Origin: Octopus sinensis
Taxonomy: Eukaryota
NCBI RefSeq assembly: GCF_006345805.1
Contig: NC_043009.1
Coordinates: forward strand, 8,122,001-8,186,000
Reading direction: 5' to 3'
DNA: 64,000 bases
A model generated the notes under the pieces. The model was not told the DNA's origin. It was given only the letters and a program-made list of their open reading frames with translations, and made no database searches. Of this stretch, positions 12,483-25,617 are shown piece after piece (the first letter of the stretch is position 1; each line of letters begins with the position of its first letter). Made by a program: the position numbers and the translations under genes.

Positions 12483-12697
12483 CTTACTCTTTTTACTTGT
12501 TTCAGTCATTTGACTGTGGCCATGCTGGAGCACCGCCTTTAATCGAGCAACTCGACCCCAGGACATTTTCTTTTGTAAGCCCAGTACTTATTCTATCGGT
12601 CTGTTTTGCCGAACCGCTAAGTAACGGGGACATAAAAACACCAGCATCGGTTGTCAAGCAATGCTAGGAGGACAAACACAGACACACAAACACACAC

Positions 12698-12740
<43 letters not shown>

Positions 12741-12903
12741 CGACGGGCTTCTTTCAGTTTCCGTCTACCAAATCCACTCACAAGGCTTTGGTCGGCCCGA
12801 GGCTATAGTAGAAGACACTTGCCCAAGGTGCCACGCAGTGGGACTGAACCTGGAACCATGTGGTTGGTAAGCAAGCTACTTACCACACAGCCACTCCTGC
12901 GCC
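12483..12903 (-). mobile_element. tRNA-derived SINE, family A (well-preserved copy)
   Basis: Full head GGCGCAGGAGTGGCTGTGTGGTAAGTAGCTTGC on the minus strand through to the tail; CpGs retained. Confidence 0.92.
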
Positions 12904-13046
12904 TATATATATATTTATTATTATTATTATTATATATATATATATAAGTTCAGCAAAATTTAGATTCAGATGACTATGGTACTTAAGTTAAAGGCACCAG
13001 AATTTTGTATGTTATTATCCATATAAATCAAATGAGGTGATTATTA

Positions 13047-13108
13047 TCAAAATAAGCAACAAGGATATCCAAGGTAGCTACCTTAGATATCCTTGTTGCT
13101 TATTTTGA
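13047..13108. repeat. 62-bp spacerless palindrome (one mismatch)
   Basis: TCAAAATAAGCAACAAGGATATCCAAGGTAG|CTACCTTAGATATCCTTGTTGCTTATTTTGA, embedded between (TA)n tracts. Confidence 0.9.
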
Positions 13109-13149
<41 letters not shown>

Positions 13150-14739
13150 GCTTTGTCCATGTTTTAGGCTTAGTTTCATATAGCATCTTGGGCAAGTGCC
13201 TTCTATGACTTGGGCTGTTAATGGCTTGTAAGTGGAATTAGGAGATGAAAACTGTAGGATATCTGTTTTGGTGCTCATGTGCATGAATGTCAATTCAGCA
13301 TATCTTTATTAAATCTCTTTACGAGCGTAAAAAAAAAAGTGGGTGGGGGGTTGATATTTATGTTTCCATATAAACAAATGTTCTGTCGTTTACGGACATA
13401 TGCAGACCAATGGAATGAAAAATACCTTACTTGAGAAACAAGTGGGGTTTGGCAATAGAATGAGTGTCCTGCTATGGAAAATATGCCTGTTTATGTCATG
13501 CTGGCATGGAGAAAGAAACAGGCTTGGAAACAATATATATTTGTACAGGTGTTTATGTATCCGCGTGAATTATATTTATATATATTTATGTGTGTGAATT
13601 ATATGCATGTATTTTTCTATATGTGTGAATGCATGTATGTGTTTATTTATTTATATATATATGTGTGTGTTTATATACATTTGTGTGTATGTTTGTGTAT
13701 ATGAGGGAGAGGGTTTGTCTTCAATTAGTTCTCATCAAGCATCATATCATTTATCAAGCCTAAGAGCAGAATATAATTTATATTTTCTTGTCCCAAATTT
13801 TTAGCAGTCAGCCTCTCCATCTCTCTCTCTCCATCTCTCACTCTCCCCATGCTTTCTCTCTTTTTCTACCCCCTTTCTATTCGTTCTTGTATTATTACCA
13901 TTTTATTTTATTTTGTGTTTAGCCAACATGCTTCATTGATCCCAATGTTTCTGACAAAAATATCAATGCTTCGAGGGGGGGAAGGTGGCAATGGAACTGG
14001 TGGTGGTTGTAGGGTGGAAGTAGCGATGATGACGATGGCAGTATTTTATATTTGACAAATCTCCTTACCCAATACCAGTAAACAAGTGTTATGAACGAAA
14101 AAGGATAGAAAACTACACAATGTTCTGCCAATAGCTGTTATGCTGTCTCCACCCATTTCAAGCTTCAAAGCCATATTCAAAAAAAAAAAAAAAAAAAAAA
14201 AAAAAGGAATGCTTTCTCTTTATTAACAGCGAACCCTATTCCCCAAGCCTAAAAATAATTTGTTTTGTTTTCTTTCGTTATTTTCTGTTCTGCTATTGAC
14301 TCCAACAGTATTCTTTCGAAATTTGATGACAGAGCAGGAGCTGTTTACGAAAAATGTATGATCCTCCATTTCCTCCTCTTCCCCCTCCTCATCATCATCA
14401 TTGTCATCATCATTGTTAGCAGTTGCAACAGTAGTGCTCAAACGCATAATGCCACCATTCCGCTATTGCCTCTCAATTTGCTTCCAACTACAATCAACAC
14501 ACATCAAACAAAGTAAATCTCTTCTTGTCTTCTTTGCTTCTAATCTCTTTATCCCCCCCCCCCTGCCATCACCACCACACCCCACCACCACTACACCCCT
14601 CCCCCTCCCCCCTCTTCCAGAGCTCTTTATTGACAAGGTCAACTTAATGTTTCACTTGAAAGTACTAATAAACTTAATAGCTTTTTAAGATCCCAGCAGA
14701 TAATTCTCTCACTTTCTGAAGTTGTGTGAGTACTTAAGT

Positions 14740-14757
14740 TATATATATATATATATA

Positions 14758-14847
<90 letters not shown>

Positions 14848-15020
14848 GTGTGCGATGGGGGGGGGGAGAGAGAGAGACCCAAGTGCTCACACAGATGCAG
14901 GAGTCAAGACAGAATTACACTACCTGCTGGGCTATACGTACATACACACATGCATACATATTTATATACATACATGCATACATATTTATATACATACATG
15001 CATACATATTTATATACATA
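14740..15020. repeat. (TA)n microsatellite and 24-bp x3 minisatellite
   Basis: Long (TA)n at 14740-14842; CATGCATACATATTTATATACATA repeated three times at 14949-15020. Confidence 0.85.
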
Positions 15021-15439
15021 CACATGTATCTCAGCAGGTAAACTCTCATATCTTCCAAAGTTGTGTTAGTACTTAGGGTCCTACTTCCCACCTCTCTCTT
15101 GTTTATATATATATATTTATTTATGGACACAGGCATGGCTATGGGGCTAAGGAAATCACTTTACTGCATCATAACATTGGGTTCATCCTCACTATACGGC
15201 ACTTGAGGCAAGTGTTTTCTGAAACTCAAGATCACATCAGGTGTCTGTGTGTTTGTGTTTTTCCTTGTTTCAGCAGTTTGCACTTGGTGTGGCTGTGCGG
15301 TAAGAAGTTTACTCGCTAACCACTTGGTTCTAGGTTCAATCCTACTATGTAGTCCCTTGAACAAGTGTCTTCTATTATAGCCCTGGGACTGACCAAAGCC
15401 TTTTGAGTGGATTTGGAAGACAGAAACTAAAAGGAAGCT

Positions 15440-15472
<33 letters not shown>

Positions 15473-15745
15473 CCCACCACTGCTTAACAACCATTGTTGA
15501 TTTGTTCCCATTCCTGTAACTTAGTGGTTTGGCAAAAGAGACCCATAAAATAAGTACTAAGCTTTAAGAAAGAGACAACTAGGTTTGATCTGTGCTTTAA
15601 TTCTTTAGTTTACTGTTAACTTGCATAGCTAAGTCCATGCCGATGCATCACATTCTTACTTTCTGCAACCATTCTAAGGCACACGGCATTCATATCAATT
15701 GTACTCCAATACTTATTTCAGGCTGGTATTTATTTCATTGACATC

Positions 15746-17071
15746 TATGAGGTGGCATCAAAAAATTCCCAAATGAGTTCTAGAAATGCGTCAAGAAATG
15801 GCAACACATGGTTGTGTGCAGTGAGTGCTAGCTGTGACCTTCATGAGGCAGTGTACCGAGTGACATCACTGTTTACTTTGCAAGTTGTGAAATTTGTGTT
15901 TTCGTGACCATGTGTAAGCTAGAGCCTGAAATTTTTGTTATGGACAGGAAGTTGGAACAAAGAGCCAATGTGAAATTTTGCATTAAACTTAAGAAGTGGC
16001 TGTGTGGTAAGTAGCTTGCTTACGAACCACATGGTTCCAGGTTCAGTCCCACTGCGTGGCACCTTGGGCAAGTGTCTTCTACTATAGCCTTGGGCTGACC
16101 AAAGCCTCGTGAGTGGATTTGGTTGATGGAAACTGAAAGAAGCCTGTTGTATATATGTATGTTTGTGTATATGTTTGTGTGTCTGTGTTCTTCCCCCCCC
16201 CAACATCGCTTGACAACCGATGCTGGTGTGTTTACGTCCCTGTAACTTAGCGGTTCAGCAAAAAGACCAATAGAATAAGTACTAGGCTTACAAAGAATAA
16301 GTCCTGGGGTCGATTTGCTCGACCAAAGGTGGTGATCCAGCATGGCCACAGTCTCACATGACTGAAACAAGTAAAAAAGTAAAAGAGAAATTAAAGAGTA
16401 AGTCTGCTACAGAGACACTGAACATGCTTCGGCAAGCTTACGGCAATGAGGCAATGGATCGTATGCAACGTTTTGAGTGGCATGGGTACTTCAAAAGTGG
16501 AGGAACATCCCTGGCAGATGATGAGTGATCTGGAAGACCTGCCACAAGCGTTAGCCCAGAAATGTGGAGAAAATCAATCAGCTTGTGGATGAGGATTGTC
16601 AGAGGAGAATCAACAACATTGCTGATGTTGTGGATCTGTCATATGAGCCTGTGCAGGCAATCCTAACATCTGTGAAGAATTGGATTCCTCATGAGGACAA
16701 TGCACTGTGTTACCAAGCTCTACTCACTTGTGAGTTTCTTGTTCAAAACAACATAGTATTACTTCTGCACCTGCCCTGTTTGCCAGATTTAGCACCTGCG
16801 GACTTCCATCTCTTCCCCAAGAGGAAAATGCAACTCAAAAGTTGCCATTTTAACAACATTGTCAAGATCCAGAGCAAATCACAGAAGGCCCTGAAGTCAC
16901 TTATGGAAAATGACTTCAAGACCAGATTCCAAAAGTAGCAGAAATGCTAGGACCAGTGTATTGCTGTGCAAAGTGACTATTTCAAAGGAGATGATGTTAA
17001 AACTTAAGCAAATGTTGTTATTTTTTTTTATCAAACAACTTTTCTTGGTTACTTTTCGATACCACTTGGTA
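15746..17071 (+). mobile_element. Internally deleted mariner transposon with nested SINE
   Basis: TIR-like ends TATGAGGTGGCATCAAAAAATTCCC / GGTTACTTTTCGATACCACTTGGTA. ATG at 15940 reads MDRKLEQRANVKFCIKL, interrupted by a SINE, and resumes KSATETLNMLRQAYGNEAMDRMQRFEWHGYFKSG...SGRP. It then jumps to WIPHEDNA...LPDLAPADFHLFPK, so the middle is deleted. Confidence 0.9.
15994..16397 (+). mobile_element. Family A SINE inserted in the mariner ORF
   Basis: GTGGCTGTGTGGTAAGTAGCTTGC head through GACTGAAACAAGTAAAA tail. Transposase codons are continuous on both sides. Confidence 0.92.
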
Positions 17072-17907
17072 TTTGGAAAGTGACACTACATAAAACAATA
17101 AAGCAGTTTTTTAAACTGGTTTAAATATAAGCAATCCTGTACATGTGTGTGTGTACATGCTCATATACACACACACAGAGTGCAGGCGTCCCTTAGCTTC
17201 AGATTACTTAATTCCTCTCGCATTGTATTAACTCAATCCAAAGCTATAGTATCAGGTACTTGCCCAAATTGCTGTGTAGTAAGATTGAACTCAAAATCAT
17301 ATGGTTGCAAAGTGAACTTCTTTACATCATGTAAAGATATTGAAAATGATAATTGATTATACTTTTTACTGGAGCTATTGAGTGCACTATTATGAAGGTA
17401 AATTTCAATCTCCAACTGATATAACAGTACAGTCAACTATGAAATCATCATCATCATTTTCCATGCTGGCATGGGTTGGATGGTTTGACAGGAGCTGGCA
17501 AGCCAGAGGGCTGCACCAAGGGCCACTATTTCTTGTGGCATGTTTTCTTTTTTTTACAGCTGGATATCCTTCCCAATGTCAACCATGTTATAGAGTGGAC
17601 TTACTGCTTTTTACATGGCACCAACACTGGTGAGGTTGGTTTGGCATAGTTTTTTATGGCTGGATACCTTTCTTAACTCCAACCACTTTTCAGGGTGGAC
17701 TGAGTGCATTTTTACGAGGCACCAACCTAACTTCAGGTAAATCTTAACTGATCAAATGCATTCTAGCTGAGATCATCTCTCAATTACATTATTCCCTCAC
17801 AGTAAAATTTAAGGGGAATTTGGCTTCTGTTTGTAGCAGGTCAATCAACCATTTATAGACTGTGTAATTTTCTTTATCATAATGATTGTTCAGTGCCCAC
17901 AATGAGT

Positions 17908-18567
17908 ATTCAGATGAGGCATGGGGAACACATGATGAGGCATTCAGATGAGGCATGGGGAACACATGATGAGGCATTCAGTGAGGCATGGGGACACATG
18001 ATGGGCATTCAGATGAGGCATGGGGAAACATGAGGATGATGAGGCATTCAGATGAGGCATGGGGAACACATGAGAGGCATTCAGATGAGGCATGGGGAAC
18101 ACATGATGAGGCATTCAGATGAGGCATGGGGAACACATGATGAGGCATTCAGATGAGGCATGGGGACACATGATGAGGCATCAGATGAGGCATGGGGAAC
18201 ACCTGATGAGGCATTCAGATGAGGCATGGAACACATGATGAGGCATTCAGATGAGCATGGGGAACACATGATGAGGCATTCAATGAGGCATGGGGAACAC
18301 ATGATGAGGCATTCAGATGAGCATGGGGAACACATGATGAGGCATTCAGATGAGGCATGGGGAACACTGATGAGGCATTCAGATGAGCATGGGGAACACA
18401 TGATGAGGCATTCAGATGAGGCATGGGGAACACATGATGAGGCATTCAGATGAGGCATGGGGAACACATGATGAGGCATTCAGATGAGGCATGGGGAACA
18501 CATGATGAGGCATTCAGATGAGGCATGGGGAACACATGATGAGGCATTCAGATGAGGCATGGGGAAC
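17908..18567 (+). repeat. 34-bp minisatellite, about 19-20 copies
   Basis: Unit ATTCAGATGAGGCATGGGGAACACATGATGAGGC repeated head-to-tail with only small indels and no unique spacers. Confidence 0.95.
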
Positions 18568-21022
18568 CCTTTTCAGTAAGTGGGATCCATGAGGCATGGT
18601 TCATCATCAAGTGGGCCACACTACGCAAAAAAAATTTCAAAGTAATTTTTTGTGGTATGCCATTCAGAAAGTCCTGCAGGCTGCAGTTTACTCATGACTG
18701 ATTGAGTTTGTTCTCTAGAATCCCCTATGGCTTAGTCTAAGGAGGAAGAGCAGTGACCATTAACAGCAATAACTACATTGAAGTTTCTTCCTCAACATTC
18801 CTCATCACTTTCTTAATATATATTTCAATGCAATTTTGCAGTGGTGTATTTCTAAAGCTGTAGATTAGGATTATGTCGGTGAAATTGCAAAAACTTTTCT
18901 GAATCAAATATAATAGTGTTTGTCTATATCTGAAAAGTTTTCTGAATAAAACAAAAGGTTTTAAATGTATCATTCTGCAGCAATGTGCCCCATTCCTCTA
19001 TTATATTTTGCAACAATCATGAGGAACATATCTAAAATAATCAAAAAGATACAAACATTTTTTTTTTCTGCATCAGAAGCATAAGGTTTTTTTTTTTAAT
19101 CACCATTGCCATAATCTGTACTTTCAAAAATGTATCTCTCCAAAATTTAATTTTAAAAAATTATGCATTATGAATAAAAGTTTTAAGGAAGCAAAATCCA
19201 GCTAGGGTGGAGCAGACCACTAAACCGTAGGCCCCTAACACTGATGAGAAGAGTGAAAGAGGAAACTGCAGGTTATAAGATGTTGCAGTAGGAAGCAGTG
19301 TATTGAGATGTTGAATATATCTTGAGACAGGTGACCATGTCCAAATTCTGGCAACAGACAGGTAATAGTGTTAAACTGGATGACAAACTAAGTCTCCTAT
19401 CAATTTCTGTCAAAAATGAAATAGAAAAAAAGCTGAAAAACAGCATTTTAGTAATTGGGAAGAAATTAACATGTTAGGATCTGGTAAATTGTTCATCAAG
19501 GAATACCAAATATGAGTTGAGAGATATGGCTTACTATCAGAACTATAGGCTGATGTATGCAGCAGAGATGATAATATCGGTTCAGAATATATCATGTAAA
19601 TTAATGATTAGTGCCTTGATTTAATGATAAGAGTATCCTTGGTTAGAATTTGACCTGAGAATATTTTGGAGAAAAGTTACTGAATCAGATTTGCAAATAT
19701 TAATCCTCACAAATAAAGCAATGAAAAACTACGACACTTAAATAAATACTTATAATATTGTTTTGGAGATGCATTTAACCTAGAAGGTAAAAGCAGATAC
19801 AAATACTTGTGTTTTGTTTATATACCCTTGTAAATTTGTGGATGTGTATGTATGAATGCATATGTATTTATATAATAGCTGTGTATGTGTGTGTGTGTGC
19901 ATGTTCTGTATATCTTGCATATGTGTGTGTGCATGTGTTATCTTGCAGGTGTGTGTGTACATGCATTTAAATGCATGTGTATTGATATATATATATAGCC
20001 TGTGTGTATGCAGATTTGTATGTGTGTGGGTGTATATAGATGCATGTAAATGCTTATCTTATGTATGTGTGTATATGGATATGAATGCACGTGCATTTAT
20101 ATGTAAGTATATATATATATATATATATATATTCCATCCTTCACTCATTCAAATTTTCATTCTTTGTCTTACAGCACTGTAGAAATACTTCTTGTTCTTA
20201 CATCCGACCTCATCAAATTGTACACATATTTAAACATGCAGATACTTACACACACACTCCTTCTTACACTCACACACACACATACACAGATTGTATAGAG
20301 CTTTAAATAAATGAAATCTAAAGATAACTGGTGAATCTATCAGTCAATAGAGTTGTTCTGTAATTTTAACAAAGACATAAGCAAGTTGGGGGTATGAAGG
20401 AAATAAATAACGCACAAGTACAACATATGAATGGCCCCTACTTAAACTCCCATGAAACCTTGCAATTGTTAAGATACATCAATGGAGTCTCTTTCTCTCA
20501 GATTCCGTTGGCCATCAAACAAACAAACAAGCAACACTATCAAACAAACAAGCAATACTATCAAACACAAACAAGCACACTGATAAAAATTAACAAACAC
20601 ACTGAATAAAACTAAATCGTAAACAATGATTTATCAATACTTTTAAAAATATGATTAAGGAAATAGACATTTTTGCCTGCTCAACTATTCTGAATGCTAA
20701 ATGAAATAAATAAAATGTAATATTGTGGAATAGAACAGAAGAGAGCAGAATATAGCATCAATAGTTGGCATTGAAGCATATTGGAAAAACATTTACTTAT
20801 TTGTTTATTTTATTTTATTTATTTGATGTTTCGTTTTATGTTTTATTTCTTTTGCTTTCTCTAATGCAAGTTGCGGCTCTATTTTCCGTAAGCAAACACT
20901 GTTCAAATATTCCTTTATCAAGTCTATCTACAGACATGTTGTTTGGCTGATGAACAGTGTTAAGTTGTAGTTTTCGGAAATGAGTTTGGAGTCAGTTGTG
21001 ATAGTTGATGATGATGGATGAG

Positions 21023-21054
<32 letters not shown>

Positions 21055-23844
21055 GGTAGTGGTGGTGATGGTGGTAGGGTGTTAGGAAGATGATCACTGG
21101 TGTAGAATAAAGATTATTTTGTTTTGTTTTGTCTTTTAAGGATGACCAAACAGCCTTGTTCTTCTCAGCTAGGCTGGTTATTATCTCCTTTTGGAATAGT
21201 TAAACTTGGAATAGCATTTATTGGTAGAGATCTATACACAAGAACAGAAAATGGAGTGCTGGTCCATGCTGATGCCATGCTGTGTTGGAAACCGTAGAGG
21301 GGGGAAGTGGATTAACAAAGGAAGCAATCTGGTTTAGGGTGGAGTAAACAAAGAGATCTTGTGATGGTGATTATTATAACAAATGTTGGAGCAAAATAAG
21401 AAACCTATTTTGTTTTTCTTTCCTTGTTTTCTTTATTTTTTCTTCTTCTTAAGGATGATAGCTTTGCTTTTCTGCCTGGCTGCTGGTTGGTTGCTCATCA
21501 TTATTATCTTCTTCCACAGAATGGTTTAGTTTAGGCTAACTTGCAATATCTATCATTCATTAAACAAATGATTTCTTACACATGTGCATATATATTTACA
21601 TTCAGCCTTTTATTTACATTACATACTCTTTCTCCCTTGATGTTCTCTGTCATCCTCTTTCCTTCTTTTCCCCAACCCTTCTTTCTTCTTCAGCTTCAAA
21701 AGCAAGGCTGTTATTGGTTCCCTAAGCTATGAGCTGAGTTAATCAATATCAGAAATCATTTATTTCTAAAATAAAACAACCAATGTGTCACAAATTAGTC
21801 TTGTTTCTTTTTGGTTTTTCTATTGTTTTTCTACAAATATAAATTATAATGATTCTTAGGTTTGATACTTAGATCTGATTATGTCATATTAAACAGATGA
21901 GAAATATATCTTCCCTTGGATAAAATGCTAGTCTGTTGTACATTGTATTTCTCAACTCCACAACAGAAAGCAACAATGAAGAAGAGAACTTCTATGCAGT
22001 CACACAACCTCTCAGATACAGCTGTCAAATCTCCTTCTAATTACACCGAACAATCTTGAAAAGGAAAGGACACGCTGTGTAATGTAGTCAGTCCTTTGTT
22101 TATAGTGTTCAAGAAAAGCATGGATTGGTCATGACTGGCACACTTTTGATCATAAGTTTGCTTGGTGGGAGCTGACCTGGGATTAAACCACAACTCATTT
22201 TTATAGTACTGCTATGTATATTGGTGAATTAAACCATCAATCAGCACATAGCATAATACAAGTTACTATTGAAAGTCTGGCCTGTAAGAGCCTTGTGCTG
22301 GTGTCATGTAAAAAGCACTCTTGCCAGTGGCAGGTAAGAGTGCTTGTGTCAGTGCCATGTTAAAAGCACCCAGTATGCACTGTAAAGTGGTTGGCATTGG
22401 GAAGGGCATCTAGCTGTAGAAACCTAGCCAAATCAGACTGGAACCTATAGTAGCTCTCCGATTTGCTAGCTTCAGTCAAACTGCCCAACCCATGCCAGCA
22501 TGGAAAATAGACATAAAACGCCTGATCTCTGATTGGCTCTGAGAGACTCTGTGGGCGTGAAAATTGTCACCTAAATCTAAAATTAATCTCTTTATAAAAC
22601 TACCCAAGTAAAGAAATGAGTTCTTTAACTTGAATAATTGAAGTGTTGGTTAATTTACTCTCTGTAAGACCCTAATTTATCACTGAATCTAAAAAATTAT
22701 AGGGACAAACCTTTTGGTACTGCCAACTCTTGAAACATCAAGTTTTATTATTCTAAACTTCCCATTTTAATGAGTTCATATCCAAATTAAAAACTTTCCA
22801 TTGTAATTTTATGGAAGAACATTTTGTTGTATTCCAAACAACAGTTTAATAATAGAAAAATAACCTTAATAAAACCATTCAAATTCTCCAATATTTTCAA
22901 AATTAATTGGAAACTCATAGAAATAATTGAAAATTCATGGGAAAATTGGTTACAAAAGGGTTAAATACTTTACAAGTATTGTATGAACTGTCAAAGAAAA
23001 TTATCTTGCTTGAATATAACGAAATGCTAAATTGATGACAAGATTTGAAGCTATGATCTATATGAAATATGAGTCTAGCTCATCCACTGATGTAAATATT
23101 GAATAAAGAGGCATCTAGATGATATCCGGTTCTCAGATATAATGTAGTTCTCAATGAAACTCTTATCAATTCTCCACTAAGTAGATAAGTACTGAAATTA
23201 TTAGAGAGAGAGAGAGAAGATTAGACATTTTATCAAGTACTGATTGGTGACCCTTTTTGTTGATTGGTTCATGAGTGTTTACATGGTGGACAGGTATTAA
23301 TGTTCATTAAAACATTATTGCCAGTCTGTGAGTGCGTGCGTGTGTATATAGAGATGTTCATGTGTGTATTTATATGTTTGTATTATTGTAAGCTGTATAA
23401 TCCTATTTAATGTGAGATTATGTCTTTTTATCTACCTTTGATTGCTATTCTATTTATTTCTGTTTGTCTGATAACAAACTGATCAGCCACAAATACAAGC
23501 AAGTGCTTATCACAAGATGTTATCCTCCCAACATCATTGCCTTTGGTTTTTTTTTTCCTTTTTTTTTTTCCTGCTCACTGTATTTCAGCTCTATTGTGTA
23601 CATCCTGATTTGGAATAGGTACAGCGCATCCTTGCATGCCAAAAGTAGCAACAAAAAGGATCAGTTGTAGGAAGAGCATCCAGTTATAAAATACAGCTTC
23701 AGAAAATTTGTCCAGCCATGGAGAGATTTTCTGAGGCCATATTTGGAAAGGCTGACATAAAATGATAATAGGGATATGGATGGTGGTGAATAGGGTATTA
23801 TTGTCTTATTTTTTTTTTTTAGCTCTAATTGAATATATGTATGC

Positions 23845-24068
23845 TTAACCATTTAGCATTTAAACTGGCCATATCCAACTCAAATATTTTATTTTGTGTT
23901 CAAACCAGCCGGATCTGGCCTTTCACATCTATCTTACAATGTCAATCTAAAAATAAACAATCACATCTTCAAAATCTCAAACCTACAAGGTAATGCATAA
24001 TTAAATCAAAATAATGTGACTAATTAAGCATTTCATTTGACAGAGTAATCTGAATGCTAAAATCTTAA
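23845..24068. mobile_element. piggyBac-type MITE (degenerate copy)
   Basis: TTAACCATTTAGCATT...AATGCTAAAATCTTAA; inverted relative to the 24582-24974 copy. Confidence 0.7.
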
Positions 24069-24581
24069 AGGTGTTCCAGCCATGACTATCTCAACTTTTT
24101 TTATTTTTCTTTATTGTCCAATGTTTCTCTCCTTTTTAAAGTTTGTAGGGTGTGATATGAAAAAGATTTGGCTGCTGTTTCTGGCAGTTCAAGTGATAGC
24201 ATAGAAGAAAAGGGAGACTTTGTTTTCCATTGTATGTGTACAAGGGAGTCTAGGAAAGCAAGGAAGTTCTTATGTAGAAATAAAGTACTGTACTCCTTTA
24301 TCAATTGCAAGGATGCAAAGGAGCCTGGAGAAGCAAAAACAGTTCTGATATGGAGTACTACTACTTTGTCAGTTGTATGACTGTTGGGAAACCGAAGCAT
24401 CAGGGCACTTTATTCCTATCCTAGAACTTCCTTGGCTTCTCTTGGCTTCCTGAATCCATACAACTGATAAAAGAATATATCATTTCTTTGTAAAAACTTT
24501 TCTCGTTCTAGATTTCTCTTACTCTCATATAACATGTTAAAGATCACTCTTTTAACAGTTGTATAGAAATAGGGAGTTAGG

Positions 24582-24974
24582 TTAACCCTTTAGCATTCAG
24601 AATATTCTGCTGAGCATAATGGTTATTTATCCAAATTGGTTTTTGAATCTGTTTATAAATCTATTAGTAAGTGTTTTACTTTCTCATAGTTTTATATTTA
24701 AAAAAACAAATGTTAAATTGCAGATGTTAGGTTCATACCTCAAAAATAGATTTAACAATTGTCTCTTTATTATATATTTTAATTTGACTTTAGTTTAATT
24801 TTTACTTGCATTAATCATGCATTATCTCACTGCTTCAAGATTTCAATGATCTGATAGTATATTTCTAGAATGACATTACATGGTAGGTGTGAAAGGCTGA
24901 ATTTGGTCAGTTTGAACATAAAAGATGTAGAATATTTGGGCCAGATATGTCTGGTTTAAATGCTAAAGGGTTAA
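24582..24974. mobile_element. piggyBac-type MITE with TTAA target duplication
   Basis: TTAA-CCCTTTAGCATT...AATGCTAAAGGG-TTAA. Carries ~170 bp of extra AT-rich sequence (~24640-24810) not present in the 23845 copy. Confidence 0.85.
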
Positions 24975-25207
24975 TCAAGGAAGGTCTCAGTGTTGTCATT
25001 CAATACATTAGACATAGTAGCTAAATCTCTCAAGTTATACTATTTTTTACATTTTGAGTAATGTAGTCTGAGTTAGACCATATCTGAAAAGATTGGATAG
25101 TAATGGTTACAATATGTCTGAACATAGGTCTACTTGAAGAAGGCTAACTTGAGGCTAAACAACTATAGACTACATTTATGGAGACATTAATACAGGTCAA
25201 GGATATA

Positions 25208-25617
25208 TCTTTTATGCTTTACTTGTTTCAGTCATTAGACTGCAGCCATGCTGAGGCACCACGTTGAAGAATTTTTAGTCAAATGCATTGACTCTCACCT
25301 CCCTTCAGTACTTACTTTTTTGAAAAACCTGGTGCTTATTCTACCAGTCTCTTTTGCTAAACTGCTAATTTAAGAGGACATAAACACACCAGCACCGGTT
25401 GTCAAGAGGTGTGGAGGCAGGATACAATCACAGACACAAAGACACATACACACACGGTGGACTTCTTTCAGTTTCCGTCTACCAGATCCATTCACAAGGC
25501 TTTGGTTGGATCAGGGTCATAGTAGAAGACACTTGCCCAAGATGCCATGCAGTGGGACTGAACCCCAAGCCATGTAGTTGGGAAGCAAGCTTCTTACCAC
25601 ACACCCACACCTGCACC
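25208..25617 (-). mobile_element. tRNA-derived SINE, family A
   Basis: Colinear with other family A copies. Confidence 0.85.

Noticed and set aside
12830-12903. tRNA genes at SINE heads (also 28075-28147, 40433-40500 and others)
   Set aside because: A and B boxes run directly into SINE bodies, there is no complete cloverleaf or acceptor stem, and they are multi-copy.
14722-15136. ORFs rich in YI, HT or CV repeats throughout the ORF track
   Set aside because: They are translations of (TA)n, (CA)n and (TG)n microsatellites. The recurring 'IVEDTCPRCHAVGLN' peptides are antisense SINE translations.
17908-18567. CRISPR-like array and His/Met-rich ORF (18226-18453)
   Set aside because: Units are contiguous with no unique spacers, the context is eukaryotic, and the 34-bp period is not a multiple of three. 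The ORFs are by-products of the minisatellite.
19236-19280. CTGATGA...GAAAC string
   Set aside because: No stem II can form between the boxes.
23590-23619. Possible 30-nt exon after a long pyrimidine tract
   Set aside because: Weak donor (GTACAG), and it runs into a degenerate family D repeat; no recognisable peptide.
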